Part shown: positions 56,039-64,000 of the stretch, one piece after another
Layout: each line of letters begins with the position of its first letter
How positions within the stretch are numbered: position 1 is the first letter of the stretch
Source: Dehalococcoidia bacterium
GTDB taxonomy: Bacteria > Chloroflexota > Dehalococcoidia > Lucifugimonadales > UBA1123
Direction of reading: 5' to 3'
Length of the DNA stretch: 64,000 nucleotides
Assembly: GCA_965215735.1 (NCBI GenBank)
Contig: CBDCEF010000004.1
Location: forward strand, 1,746,760 to 1,810,759
Position numbers and translations under genes: made by a program
Notes under the pieces: generated by a model
The model's database searches: none
What the model saw: the letters and a program-made list of their open reading frames with translations, nothing else
Told to the model about the DNA's origin: nothing

Positions 56039-57724
56039 TCACCCTATCAGCCCTTCCTGTGGCATGGTCCACGGTAAGTTGTAGAGAGGCGCAAATTGTG
56101 GCGCGCGTGGTATCGGCATCTCTCCAAATGGAACGTCGATGACCACTGGCGCCTGGAGTTCCAGAGCGCGCGGAATCAGCGTGCCAGATCCATGGGATCT
56201 TCTGCCCTCATGCCGACCGCGCCAAACGACTCGGCAAACTTCACGAAGTCCGGGTTGTGAAGATCGTTCTCGTAGGTTCCTGTGAAGAAGTCGTTGAGGT
56301 CGCGGGCGACGTTGCCATAGGAGTCGTTTCTGAAGACCACGGTCGTTACGTTGATCCCGTACTTCACTGCCGTGGAAAGCTCGGACGAGTTGAACATGAA
56401 CCCGCCATCTCCGGCCATACACAGCACTGGACGGTCTGGCTTCGCCACCTTCGCGCCCAGCGCCGTCGGAAACGCATAGCCGAGGTTGAATTGGTACCCG
56501 GAATCTATGTATGTCTTTGGGTGTTTCACCTTGTAATGCGTGCGGGCATAGTAGCCGAACTGCGTGACGTCCCAAGCTATGAAAGCATCCTCAGGAATGC
56601 TGCCTTGGATTGCCTCCAGGACCGCGTACTGTGGCTCCTTGAGCCGGATGTCATAGTAGGCTATCAGGCTGCGAGCCGCTCTGACCGCTTCGACGGGCGA
56701 CGGGCGGTCTCCCTCATCGGCCTCGGTGAGGAATGGAAGTAGCGCTTCGATGGTAGCCCTGGCGTCTCCATGCAGGGGAATGGTGTTGGCCTGCACTCTG
56801 GTGAGCTCACTGTCGTCTATGTTGATGTTCACCAGTGTCGACGACTCGCCGGCCGGATTGCCTAGTGAGAAACGTGCGCCGATTCCTATCACCACGTCAG
56901 CGGACTGCATCACTTCATAGAGCTGGTTCATCTCCAGTCTCTCCCCCCGAGGACTGAAACAGGAGCCGTAACATAGAGGATGGTCGTTCGGAATCGTCCC
57001 CTTGCCGCCACTGGATGTCACTACGGGTATGTTTGTTGCTTCGGCCAGTTCAACGAGGGCCTCTTCTGCATCTGACCGGGCCACGCCGCCCCCGGCGTAT
57101 ATCAAGGGTAGACTGGACTGGGCAATGACGCGGGCGGCCTCTTGAAGTTGCTCGGGGCTCGGCACAATTCTGGAAGCAGGAGCCGGATTTCGTAGCTGAA
57201 CGTCGTCTTGTTCCACCCCAGCCTCGGGCGGGATTTCTACTAGGACTGGACGGGAGCGACCGCTGCGCATCTATCTGAACGCTTCGGACACTGCGTAGGG
57301 GATATCCTTGGGCGTAAGAGCAAGATTCTGCCACTTGGTCACGGATCGCACCGTGCCCGGCTGGTCCGCGATCTCGTGAACGGCGCCCAGATTCCTGCCG
57401 ATAGAGGCCCTGGGGGATCTGGCCGGCAATGACGAGCACGGGCGATGAGCGGGCGTATGCTGTGGCGATGCCGGAGGCGGCATTGTAAAGACCCACTCCA
57501 GGGACCACCAGGGCTACTCCCGGCTTTCCCGATGCCCGAGCGTATCCGTCGGCCATGTACGTCGTGGCCTGCTCATGGCGGGACGTGATCATACGGATGC
57601 CAGGCTCGTCCCGCAATGCGGCGATGATCCCGTACATCTGGATTCCCGGTATCCCGAATACGACATCGACGCCTTCCCTAACCAGCGACTTTGCTAGCGC
57701 TTAGCCTCCGCTCATCTTGACCAT
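56039..57724 (-). pseudogene. Thiamine-diphosphate enzyme (acetolactate synthase large-subunit-like) with four inactivating lesions
   Basis: My reconstruction reads MVKMSGG-TAA(57701-57703)-ALAKSLVREGVDVVFGIPGIQMY...VLVIAGQIP. A frameshift follows in a G5/C5 run (57412-57416), then RASIGRNLGAVHEIADQPG...SEAFR-TAG(57271-57273)-MRSGRSRPVLVEIP...GDGGFMFN...EDPMDLA. A second frameshift lies near 56176-56190, then LIPRALELQAPVVIDVPF. Confidence 0.8.
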
Positions 57725-57951
57725 GATTCAGTTGCTCCTTCTGGCTGGGTCGGGTAGCGTCTCGGAACTACTTGGACTTGTTTGAGCTACAGGCCTGCGG
57801 CAACTGCTATGTTGTTCATGTTGCGGAACTTGATGCGAATGTCATCGGTCGAAATGAACCCTGCGGAGTTTGGGCGAGGCTGCGCCGCCCACTCTCTTGA
57901 CCGACCTCGACTCAGAACCTAGAATGCGCCCATTAACCAGTTTGAGGTTCT

Positions 57952-58404
57952 ATGAGAAAGAGACAGACGGTTGAGCTTATGTCCGCTGGCGGTCTAGTTT
58001 ACCGCACGGATGGCGAAAGTGGGATTGAGGTAGTGATTTGTGGGAGGGAGTACCCGGCAGTCCGGGGACTCCCAAAGGGTACGCCCGACCCTGGCGAGGC
58101 CAAGGAGCAGACGGCACTGCGTGAGGTTAGGGAGGAGACCGGACTCGACGTCCTAATCGAGGGCTATATCGACAGCATCAGGTACTGGTTCGTCCGCGCC
58201 TCAGACGGCGCTAGATGCCATAAGGTCGTCCACTACTACCTGATGAGGCCTGTTGGTGGCGATCTGTCCCGGCACGATCACGAGTTCGATTTTGTCGAGT
58301 GGGCGTCGTCCACCGAGGCCTGCAGGACGCTCACCTACGAAAATGAGGTGGAAATTGTTCAGAAGGGTGCTTCCATGGTCGGGGAGGGAGTCCGAGGAGA
58401 CTGA
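57952..58404 (+). CDS. NUDIX hydrolase
   Basis: 150 aa with the Nudix box 'GLPKGTPDPGEAKEQTALREVREETGL'. Confidence 0.85.
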   Translation: MRKRQTVELMSAGGLVYRTDGESGIEVVICGREYPAVRGLPKGTPDPGEAKEQTALREVREETGLDVLIEGYIDSIRYWFVRASDGARCHKVVHYYLMRPVGGDLSRHDHEFDFVEWASSTEACRTLTYENEVEIVQKGASMVGEGVRGD

Positions 58405-58984
58405 AGGTCGGGATCCTGTCTTCGTCAAGGGAGAGCGCGTGATCCTGCGCGAGAAGCAGGTCTCCGACATAGCTGACGACTACCAGTGGCGCACCGATCC
58501 CGAGCTGGCAAAGCTTGACGCCACACGCCCGCTCCAGATGAGCTATAGTGACTTTGAGCGCTACTCGGTCGAGGAGTTGAACTACCCTGCGACCCGCTCT
58601 AAGCGCTTGGCTGTGGACACTACCTGCGGCTCCCACATCGGAAACGTCATGTTCTATGACATAGACCTGCGCTCAGGGGAGGCTGAACTGGGCATCATGA
58701 TCGGCGATAAGGACTACTGGAGCCGGGGGTACGGCACCGAGACCGTCGGCCTCCTACTTGACCACATGTTTCATGAGTACCCTTTCAACCGAGTCTATCT
58801 GCACACGCTCTCCTGGAACCACCGCGCTCAGAAGAGTTTTCAAAAATCCGGCTTCAAGGAAGTGAGGCCGGTACGACGCAGCGGATTGGATTTCATCCAG
58901 ATGGAGATCTGGCGCCACGAGTGGGACACCTTGCGCGCGGCCTCGTCATCCACGCCCTTGCACGAGTCAACACTCGACGATTAA
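58343..58984 (+). CDS. GNAT N-acetyltransferase (RimJ/RimL-like)
   Basis: 'GERVILRE', 'IGNVMFYDID...AELGIMIGDKDYWSRGYGTE' and 'NHRAQKSFQKSGFKE' are present. The start is uncertain. 58343 is the first ATG in frame that is not deep inside the NUDIX gene, but it still overlaps that gene by about 60 nt. Confidence 0.7.
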   Translation: MRWKLFRRVLPWSGRESEETEGRDPVFVKGERVILREKQVSDIADDYQWRTDPELAKLDATRPLQMSYSDFERYSVEELNYPATRSKRLAVDTTCGSHIGNVMFYDIDLRSGEAELGIMIGDKDYWSRGYGTETVGLLLDHMFHEYPFNRVYLHTLSWNHRAQKSFQKSGFKEVRPVRRSGLDFIQMEIWRHEWDTLRAASSSTPLHESTLDD

Positions 58985-59025
58985 TCGACGAGGCGCGGTA
59001 CGCAGCGACTCGACTCCGCCTTGCC

Positions 59026-59886
59026 TCAAACCTCGAACGACAACAGTTCGTCCGTAAACACGATCTCCCCGTCATAGATCCTTCGCACGTCCCCGATGCC
59101 CTTCTCCATTACTCCATGACCCGACAGGTTCGGCCCGATATGCACCAGGGCGAGTTTCTTGACTCCCGCATCTTGCGCCAACCTTGCGGCCCCTTTTGTG
59201 CCGCATTGAAAGTCACCCTCCCCGTTCTCGTCCATCACGTCTTGGTCGTCCCAGCACATGCACAGCATCACGTCCGCGTCCTTGGCGAGGTCTCTCACCG
59301 TATCGCATGGTTGAGTATCTCCGGTGAATACAACCGAACCGCCCGGCGTATCGAACCTGTAGGCGAGCGAGTCGAGAAACGGCTGCACGTGTTCCGCTGG
59401 CGCCGCTGTGACCTCCCAATCTGACCCCGAGTACACACGACCGGGCCCGACGTCCTTTGCGAACACGTCCGGCGCCGGCCGGGGCAGCGTTCCGCCCCTG
59501 TTTACGAACACCCTCTGGCTCAAAGGATGACCGATCCGCGCCTTCCAGTCGTGCGCGAACACGCCATTCTCTCCCAGGATTCCTTCGGTGATCTGCTCCG
59601 TGAGAGTCGGCCCGTACACTTCCAGGCGCTTCTCCTTCCCGATGCTCTGGTCCCAGCGGCAAAGTAGGAAGCACGGATAGTCGATGTCGTGGTCGAAGTG
59701 GTGGTGTGTGAAGAACAGCTGGTTGATCTCGGTTGGCCACAGCCCGGCCTGTACCAGCTTGTGTGTGGCCGCCGGACCGCAGTCCACCATGACCCGATCG
59801 TCGCCGGTCTCCAGCACGAACGAGCTTCCAAACCGAGTCGGCGTCGGCGTCGGGGTCCCCGCCCCCAGAACGTGAATGCGTGTCAT
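59026..59886 (-). CDS. MBL-fold metallo-hydrolase
   Basis: I trimmed the start to the ATG at 59886 (MTRIHVLGAGTPTP...). 'FFTHHHFDHDID' is the HxHxDH motif. An AAGGAGG lies upstream. Confidence 0.85.
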   Translation of the reverse strand: MTRIHVLGAGTPTPTPTRFGSSFVLETGDDRVMVDCGPAATHKLVQAGLWPTEINQLFFTHHHFDHDIDYPCFLLCRWDQSIGKEKRLEVYGPTLTEQITEGILGENGVFAHDWKARIGHPLSQRVFVNRGGTLPRPAPDVFAKDVGPGRVYSGSDWEVTAAPAEHVQPFLDSLAYRFDTPGGSVVFTGDTQPCDTVRDLAKDADVMLCMCWDDQDVMDENGEGDFQCGTKGAARLAQDAGVKKLALVHIGPNLSGHGVMEKGIGDVRRIYDGEIVFTDELLSFEV

Positions 59887-59996
59887 ACTGCCTGAATCCT
59901 CCTTGTAGTGCACATCTAGGTGCCGACTGTTGGTCGTCGGAAAACATGACACACCATACCAACTGATAGCCCAAAACTGAACACTTGGGCCCCGGT

Positions 59997-60245
59997 TCAC
60001 ATCCTCCTCAGTGCCGGCGACATCGCATAAGTAGCCAGCACGACCGGTGTGCTCACAACGGCTCCCATGACGATCGCCGTCTCGTTCCCGAACAGCGATG
60101 CGAGCGCGCCTCCCAGTATGAATCCCAGCGGAAACGACGTGGTTACGACGTTGAACATGCTAAGCACGCGGCCCTGGATCTGGTCGCTAGCAACAGTCTG
60201 GAACATCGTCAGCAGGAATATCGAAAGCGACGCTGGCCGACGATT
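59997..60245 (-). pseudogene. C-terminal remnant of an MFS transporter
   Basis: Only about 80 codons remain: '...RRPASLSIFLLTMFQTVASDQIQGRVLSMFNVVTTSFPLGFILGGALASLFG...'. This resembles the last 2-3 helices of an MFS protein. No upstream body is present, and the open frame starts after a TAG at 60306. Confidence 0.35.
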
Positions 60246-60414
60246 GAGCAGTCTCCTACAAATGCAAAGAGTCGAGGGTAGAGACCCAAAGGTTGTCTTC
60301 GGGAACTAACCGGCTTGTAGTATCACTTGAAAGTGAAGCGGCGGTGCTTGGGAGCACAGCCGCATACTTGAAGACTCTGCGTATCGCCAGGAGGGACGAC
60401 TATTGAATTTCTGG

Positions 60415-62475
60415 CTAGAGTCGGGCCTCGGCCCTCTCGGCCAGCTCTTGAGTGACCTTCACGACCCTGTCGACCATGTGCGACGGCACCTCCTCGAAAT
60501 GGTCGAACTCCATTGTGAAGCTGCCCTGACCCTGAGTCTGGCTCCGAAGCTCGGTCGCGTAGGTAAGCATCTCCGACTGTGGCGCTTCGACCTGCACCGA
60601 AGTCGTGCCGTCTCCGTTGGGCACCATTCCCTGGATCCTGCCTCGTCGGCTGTTCAGGTCACCGATGATGTCCCCAGTAAAATCGTCTGGAACGCTGATC
60701 TCCACGCTCATTATGGGCTCTAGGATCACCGGCCTGGCCTGCTGCAAACCCTTGGTCGTAGCATGTCCGCCCGCGATCTCGAATGAAACGCCCGATGAGT
60801 CCACTGTATGAAAGCTGCCGTCCACTAGGGTCGCCTTCATGTCCACGACCGGGAATCCGGCAACCACGCCGTCGCTCAGCGCGCCCCTGACTCCCTTTTC
60901 GACAGAAGGTATGTACTCGCGCGGCACAGAGCCGCCCACAATAGTATTGTTGAATTCGAACCCTGAACCTCTTGGAAGCGGTTCCACTTCGATCCAGACG
61001 TGACCGAACTGTCCGTGTCCTCCGGTCTGCTTCTTGTGCCGGTACTCCACGCGCGCTCTTCCGCTGATGGTCTCCCTGTACGGCACCCTTGGTATTTCAA
61101 GCACCATCTCGACGCCGAACTTGCGTTGCATCTTCTCTAGCGTAACGTCCAGGTGAGTGTCCCCCAGGCCTCCCATAATCATCTCGTTTGTATCAGGTTG
61201 GCGAGTCAGGACGATGGACGGGTCTTCCTCCACTATTCGGGACAGCGAAGACGTCATCTTGTCCACGTCGGCCTTGGTCTTCGGATAGACGGCCATCATG
61301 TATACCGGCGATGGGAACTCCATGCCGCCGAGTATCAATGGCCGTTCGCGGGTGCTAATCGTGTCTCCTGTGAGCACCGAGTTCAGCTTTGTCACGGCCC
61401 CAATGTCACCGGCCGCCAGTTCGGGCACAGCATCCTGATCGCGTCCTCTGATCTCGAACACCTGGCCGATACGCTCTGCTTCGCCGCGGTTCGCATTCTG
61501 AAGCTGGGAGTCGCTCTGGAACGTGCCGCTATATACCCTGAAGTAAGACAGCTTACCTACGAATGGGTCGGCAGCGGTCTTGAAGACCAGCGCGGCAAGA
61601 GTGCCATTGTTGTCGCACTCGATCTCGGACGTCTCGTCCGACCCCGGCACTCTGCCCGGCACGGCCGGTGAGTCGGCCGGCGAGGGCAGATAAGCGGCGG
61701 CGAAGTCCATGAACTCCGTTACGCCGATTCCCTTCAGCGGCGATCCGGCAAGAATCGGCACCAATGTGCCTTCTATCAGACCCTGTCTGACGCCTCCGAG
61801 CATCTCTTCCTGCGTAATCTCTTCGCCTTCTAGATACTTGGTTGCCAGGTCATCGTCGATCTCTGCTATTGCCTCGATCAGTCGCTCACGAGCTTCCTCG
61901 AATTCGGACTCGTATTCTGCGGGAACGTCCGAGTCCGGGTCGAGTAGGTTGATAACGCCTGCGAGCGAAGTTTCAGACCCGATCGGCAGGTGCACTGGCA
62001 CCAGATGCCTCCCGAATCTCTCCTGGAGGGCCGCCACGACCCCGCCGAAGTCGGAGTTTTCCCTGTCGAGCTTTGATATGTACACAATGCGAGGCAGGTC
62101 CCGCTCACCAGCGAGGTTCCACATCTGGCGTGTGCCTACCTCGATGCCCGCCTGCGCCGCAACAAGTATCACCGCAGCGTCGGCGACTCGTATTCCGGAA
62201 ACGACTTCACCTCGGTAGTCCGCGTAACCGGGTGTGTCGATGACGTTCAACTTGTGCCCGTTCCACGGAACGTTCAGTATCGCCGTGTTGACGCTCGTAT
62301 TGCGCTTGTGCTCTTCAGGCTCGTAGTCGGATACGGTTGTTCCGTCCTCGACTGTGCCCATCCGGGTCGAGACACCTGCTGTATGGAGCATGGCCTCTGC
62401 GAGTATAGTCTTGCCCGCTCCACTATGCGACAGAAGAGCAAGATTCCTGATGCGCTCAGTGGTGAATTTGGGCAT
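60415..62475 (-). CDS. Elongation factor G family GTPase (stand-alone paralog)
   Basis: I trimmed the start to the ATG at 62475 (MPKFTTERIRNLALLSHSGAGKTILAE...). G1 'HSGAGKT', G3 'DTPGYADY' and EF-G domains II-V follow. It is not in an rpsL-rpsG-fusA-tuf context. Confidence 0.9.
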   Translation of the reverse strand: MPKFTTERIRNLALLSHSGAGKTILAEAMLHTAGVSTRMGTVEDGTTVSDYEPEEHKRNTSVNTAILNVPWNGHKLNVIDTPGYADYRGEVVSGIRVADAAVILVAAQAGIEVGTRQMWNLAGERDLPRIVYISKLDRENSDFGGVVAALQERFGRHLVPVHLPIGSETSLAGVINLLDPDSDVPAEYESEFEEARERLIEAIAEIDDDLATKYLEGEEITQEEMLGGVRQGLIEGTLVPILAGSPLKGIGVTEFMDFAAAYLPSPADSPAVPGRVPGSDETSEIECDNNGTLAALVFKTAADPFVGKLSYFRVYSGTFQSDSQLQNANRGEAERIGQVFEIRGRDQDAVPELAAGDIGAVTKLNSVLTGDTISTRERPLILGGMEFPSPVYMMAVYPKTKADVDKMTSSLSRIVEEDPSIVLTRQPDTNEMIMGGLGDTHLDVTLEKMQRKFGVEMVLEIPRVPYRETISGRARVEYRHKKQTGGHGQFGHVWIEVEPLPRGSGFEFNNTIVGGSVPREYIPSVEKGVRGALSDGVVAGFPVVDMKATLVDGSFHTVDSSGVSFEIAGGHATTKGLQQARPVILEPIMSVEISVPDDFTGDIIGDLNSRRGRIQGMVPNGDGTTSVQVEAPQSEMLTYATELRSQTQGQGSFTMEFDHFEEVPSHMVDRVVKVTQELAERAEARL

Positions 62476-62750
62476 TCCTGTACTCCTTGGGTTCAAATTG
62501 GCTGTCTCGCATTGTATTCAAAGACCGTCACCCACGCAACGCTACAAACGGGCAGCGGCCCAGACCGGAGCGCTGGCGCCTCGCCCTCATTGGTTCGTCC
62601 TGAGTTCGTAGGGGGAACTACTCGCCAAGTCACCCACAGGCCAGATACAGTTTTCTGCCGCGATGGTCCCGCATGAGGATTCACACACCCGGCGTGACAC
62701 GTTACGCTGTCCCAGCGATATCAACACACAACAGATGCGGAGACGACGAC

Positions 62751-63395
62751 ATGATTGGATTCATTGGCGGTACAGGTCCTGAAGGCAGAAGTTTGGCGCT
62801 GAGGTTCGCGATGGCTGGCGAGTCGGTCATGATCGGGTCCAGGGACGCAGAACGCGCGACCGATGCGGCAGCCTCTGTCACGGCAATCCTTCCGGACTTG
62901 CCCGTCACCGGTGGCCTCAATGAGCAGGTCGCGTCTGACTCCGATATCGTCTTCGTTGCTGTTCCGTACTCAGGGCACCGTCCGACTCTGGAGGCCCTTT
63001 ACGAGCAGCTTGAAGGCAAGTTGATCGTAGACGTCGTAGCTCCCCTCGCGTTCAATCGCGGCGTCGCAAGGGCGATAATCCCGGAAGCGGGCTCTGCTGC
63101 CGAGGAGGCGCAGCAGATTCTTGCTAACTGCACGGTCGTTGGAGCGTTTCACAATTTAAGCGCAGAGGAGCTCCTTGAACCGGACACTGTTATCGATGCC
63201 GACGTTGTGGTCTGTGGCGATGACCCGTCAGCCAAGTCCAGGGTAATGGGACTGGCCGAATTGATCGCAGGCGTTAGAGCAGTGGATGGCGGAGGTCTCG
63301 CCAACTCCCGCTACGTGGAGAGCCTCACTGCACTCCTGATCAACATCAACAGAATCTATAGGGCCCACTCCACCATCAAAATATCAGGAATATAG
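62751..63395 (+). CDS. npdG: NADPH-dependent F420 reductase (NpdG-like)
   Basis: I trimmed the start to the ATG at 62751. 'MIGFIGGTGPEGRSLALRFAMAGESVMIGSR' is a Rossmann motif and '...GDDPSAK..V..L' the NpdG-like C-terminus. Confidence 0.8.
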   Translation: MIGFIGGTGPEGRSLALRFAMAGESVMIGSRDAERATDAAASVTAILPDLPVTGGLNEQVASDSDIVFVAVPYSGHRPTLEALYEQLEGKLIVDVVAPLAFNRGVARAIIPEAGSAAEEAQQILANCTVVGAFHNLSAEELLEPDTVIDADVVVCGDDPSAKSRVMGLAELIAGVRAVDGGGLANSRYVESLTALLININRIYRAHSTIKISGI

Positions 63396-63454
63396 ACACA
63401 CTCTCTCTAAGTTGAGACTACGATCCCATCGAGAGGTTTACCTGTCCCATTCGA

Positions 63455-63480
63455 CATTCCGGTGAAGGCCGGAATCCAGG
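63455..63480. repeat. Hairpin related to repeat family B (CATTCCGGTGAAGGCCGGAATCCAGG)
   Basis: The hairpin is ATTCCGG-TGAAGG-CCGGAAT followed by CCAGG, about 60 nt after the npdG stop. It may act as a terminator. Confidence 0.45.
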
Positions 63481-63548
63481 GGCTGGGAGAGGCCTCCACA
63501 GGCCGAGAGCATACTGAGATCGCATACTAGCGGGAAGGGCATAGAGAC

Positions 63549-64000
63549 TTGAGCGCTGTTCTCTTGAGCATTCTGACAGCGGCGGCGGCCTTCGGCGGCC
63601 TGACCGCCGGGCTGGATGTTCTGCCCGAAGTCGCCCCCAGCGCGGGTGTACGGATAATATCGTCCAGCCACCGGATCGAGTTTCCGGAGCAGATCGTCAT
63701 CCAGTTGACCGCCGACGCTCCTGCCGACATTCAAAACGTACGCATCTTCTACAGGGTCGGGGAGGCCGACGCGCGTGTGTACGCCTATCCCAGGTCTATC
63801 AGCAACTCCGGGCGACTTTCCGCGAGATTTGTTATTCAGACGGGCAGGGGAGCCTACATACCCCAGGGCGTCGACATTGAGTACTTCTACGTCTTCACCG
63901 ACTCTGAAGGACGCGAGACCGAGTCGGACAGGTTTAGCTTCGAGTTCTTGGATCACAGGTACGACTGGAGTCGGATAGAGTTCGAAGACTTCACCCTGCT
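63549..64000 (+). CDS. Hypothetical exported or membrane-anchored protein, 5' part (runs off the window)
   Basis: My own translation in the frame that is open from 63531 gives (L)SAVLLSILTAAAAFGGLTAGLDVLPEVAPSAGVRIISSSHRIEFPEQIVIQLTADAPADIQNVRIFYRV...YDWSRIEFEDFTL. It has a hydrophobic N-terminus and balanced composition. TTG 63549 is only a tentative start. The track omits this ORF because it has no stop. Confidence 0.45.
   Translation, partial: MSAVLLSILTAAAAFGGLTAGLDVLPEVAPSAGVRIISSSHRIEFPEQIVIQLTADAPADIQNVRIFYRVGEADARVYAYPRSISNSGRLSARFVIQTGRGAYIPQGVDIEYFYVFTDSEGRETESDRFSFEFLDHRYDWSRIEFEDFTL

Noticed and set aside
57271-57703. In-frame TAG and TAA in the TPP-enzyme gene as stop-codon recoding (Pyl, or an alternative genetic code)
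   Set aside because: TAA and TAG terminate many well-supported genes in this window, and the same gene also carries two frameshifts. A pseudogene is the simpler explanation.
63438-63956. A 172-aa minus-strand ORF at the window end
   Set aside because: Its composition is Arg/Gly-rich and junk-like. The plus-strand frame open from 63531 to the window edge gives a signal-anchor-like N-terminus and balanced composition, so I preferred that frame.
1-64000. tRNA, rRNA and CRISPR arrays
   Set aside because: I scanned for T-loop/acceptor-like signatures (GGTTCGAATCC-type), rRNA-like stretches and regularly spaced short repeats. The only hits were coincidental matches inside protein genes. The only regular repeats are the pstS modules and the REP-like elements.

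Overview
This is a 64-kb bacterial chromosomal segment. It looks moderately GC-rich by eye (not computed) and is densely coded on both strands, with about 60 protein genes. I found no rRNA, tRNA or CRISPR array. The content falls into six groups. (1) A catabolic set rich in paralogs: two enolase-superfamily genes, two family III CoA-transferases, three crotonases (one frameshifted), a formylglycine-type sulfatase, an amidase, a DapA-like lyase, a coxMSL-type molybdenum hydroxylase, a DUF35/thiolase pair, an Fe-ADH and F420-linked enzymes. (2) A complete Pho module on the minus strand, phoB-phoR-uppP / pstS-pstC-pstA-pstB-phoU. Its pstS encodes one lipoprotein made of three tandem PstS modules, and four 11-nt periodic direct repeats (Pho-box-like) lie upstream. 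(3) Housekeeping genes: rimM, a KH protein, rpsP, rpsT, relA/spoT, hisS and an EF-G paralog. (4) A SelW/Rdx-family gene that only makes sense if an in-frame TGA is read as selenocysteine (CVPU motif, strong SD, downstream hairpin). (5) Mobile and accessory items: a hicAB module with an atypical HicB C-terminus, and an 815-bp IS5-family (IS427-like) element with 19-bp inverted repeats. The IS sits in a CTAG site and splits a methyltransferase-like gene that lies next to an SPL-family radical SAM gene. (6) Gene decay: a TPP-enzyme gene with two in-frame stops and two frameshifts, a frameshifted crotonase and an MFS remnant. Two families of short intergenic palindromic (REP-like) repeats recur across the window. 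Lipoprotein binding proteins with long Ala/Pro linkers, F420 enzymes and the paralog expansions suggest a marine monoderm such as a SAR202-like Chloroflexota; this is inference only. All product calls rest on motifs I recognised in the supplied translations. No database search was run.
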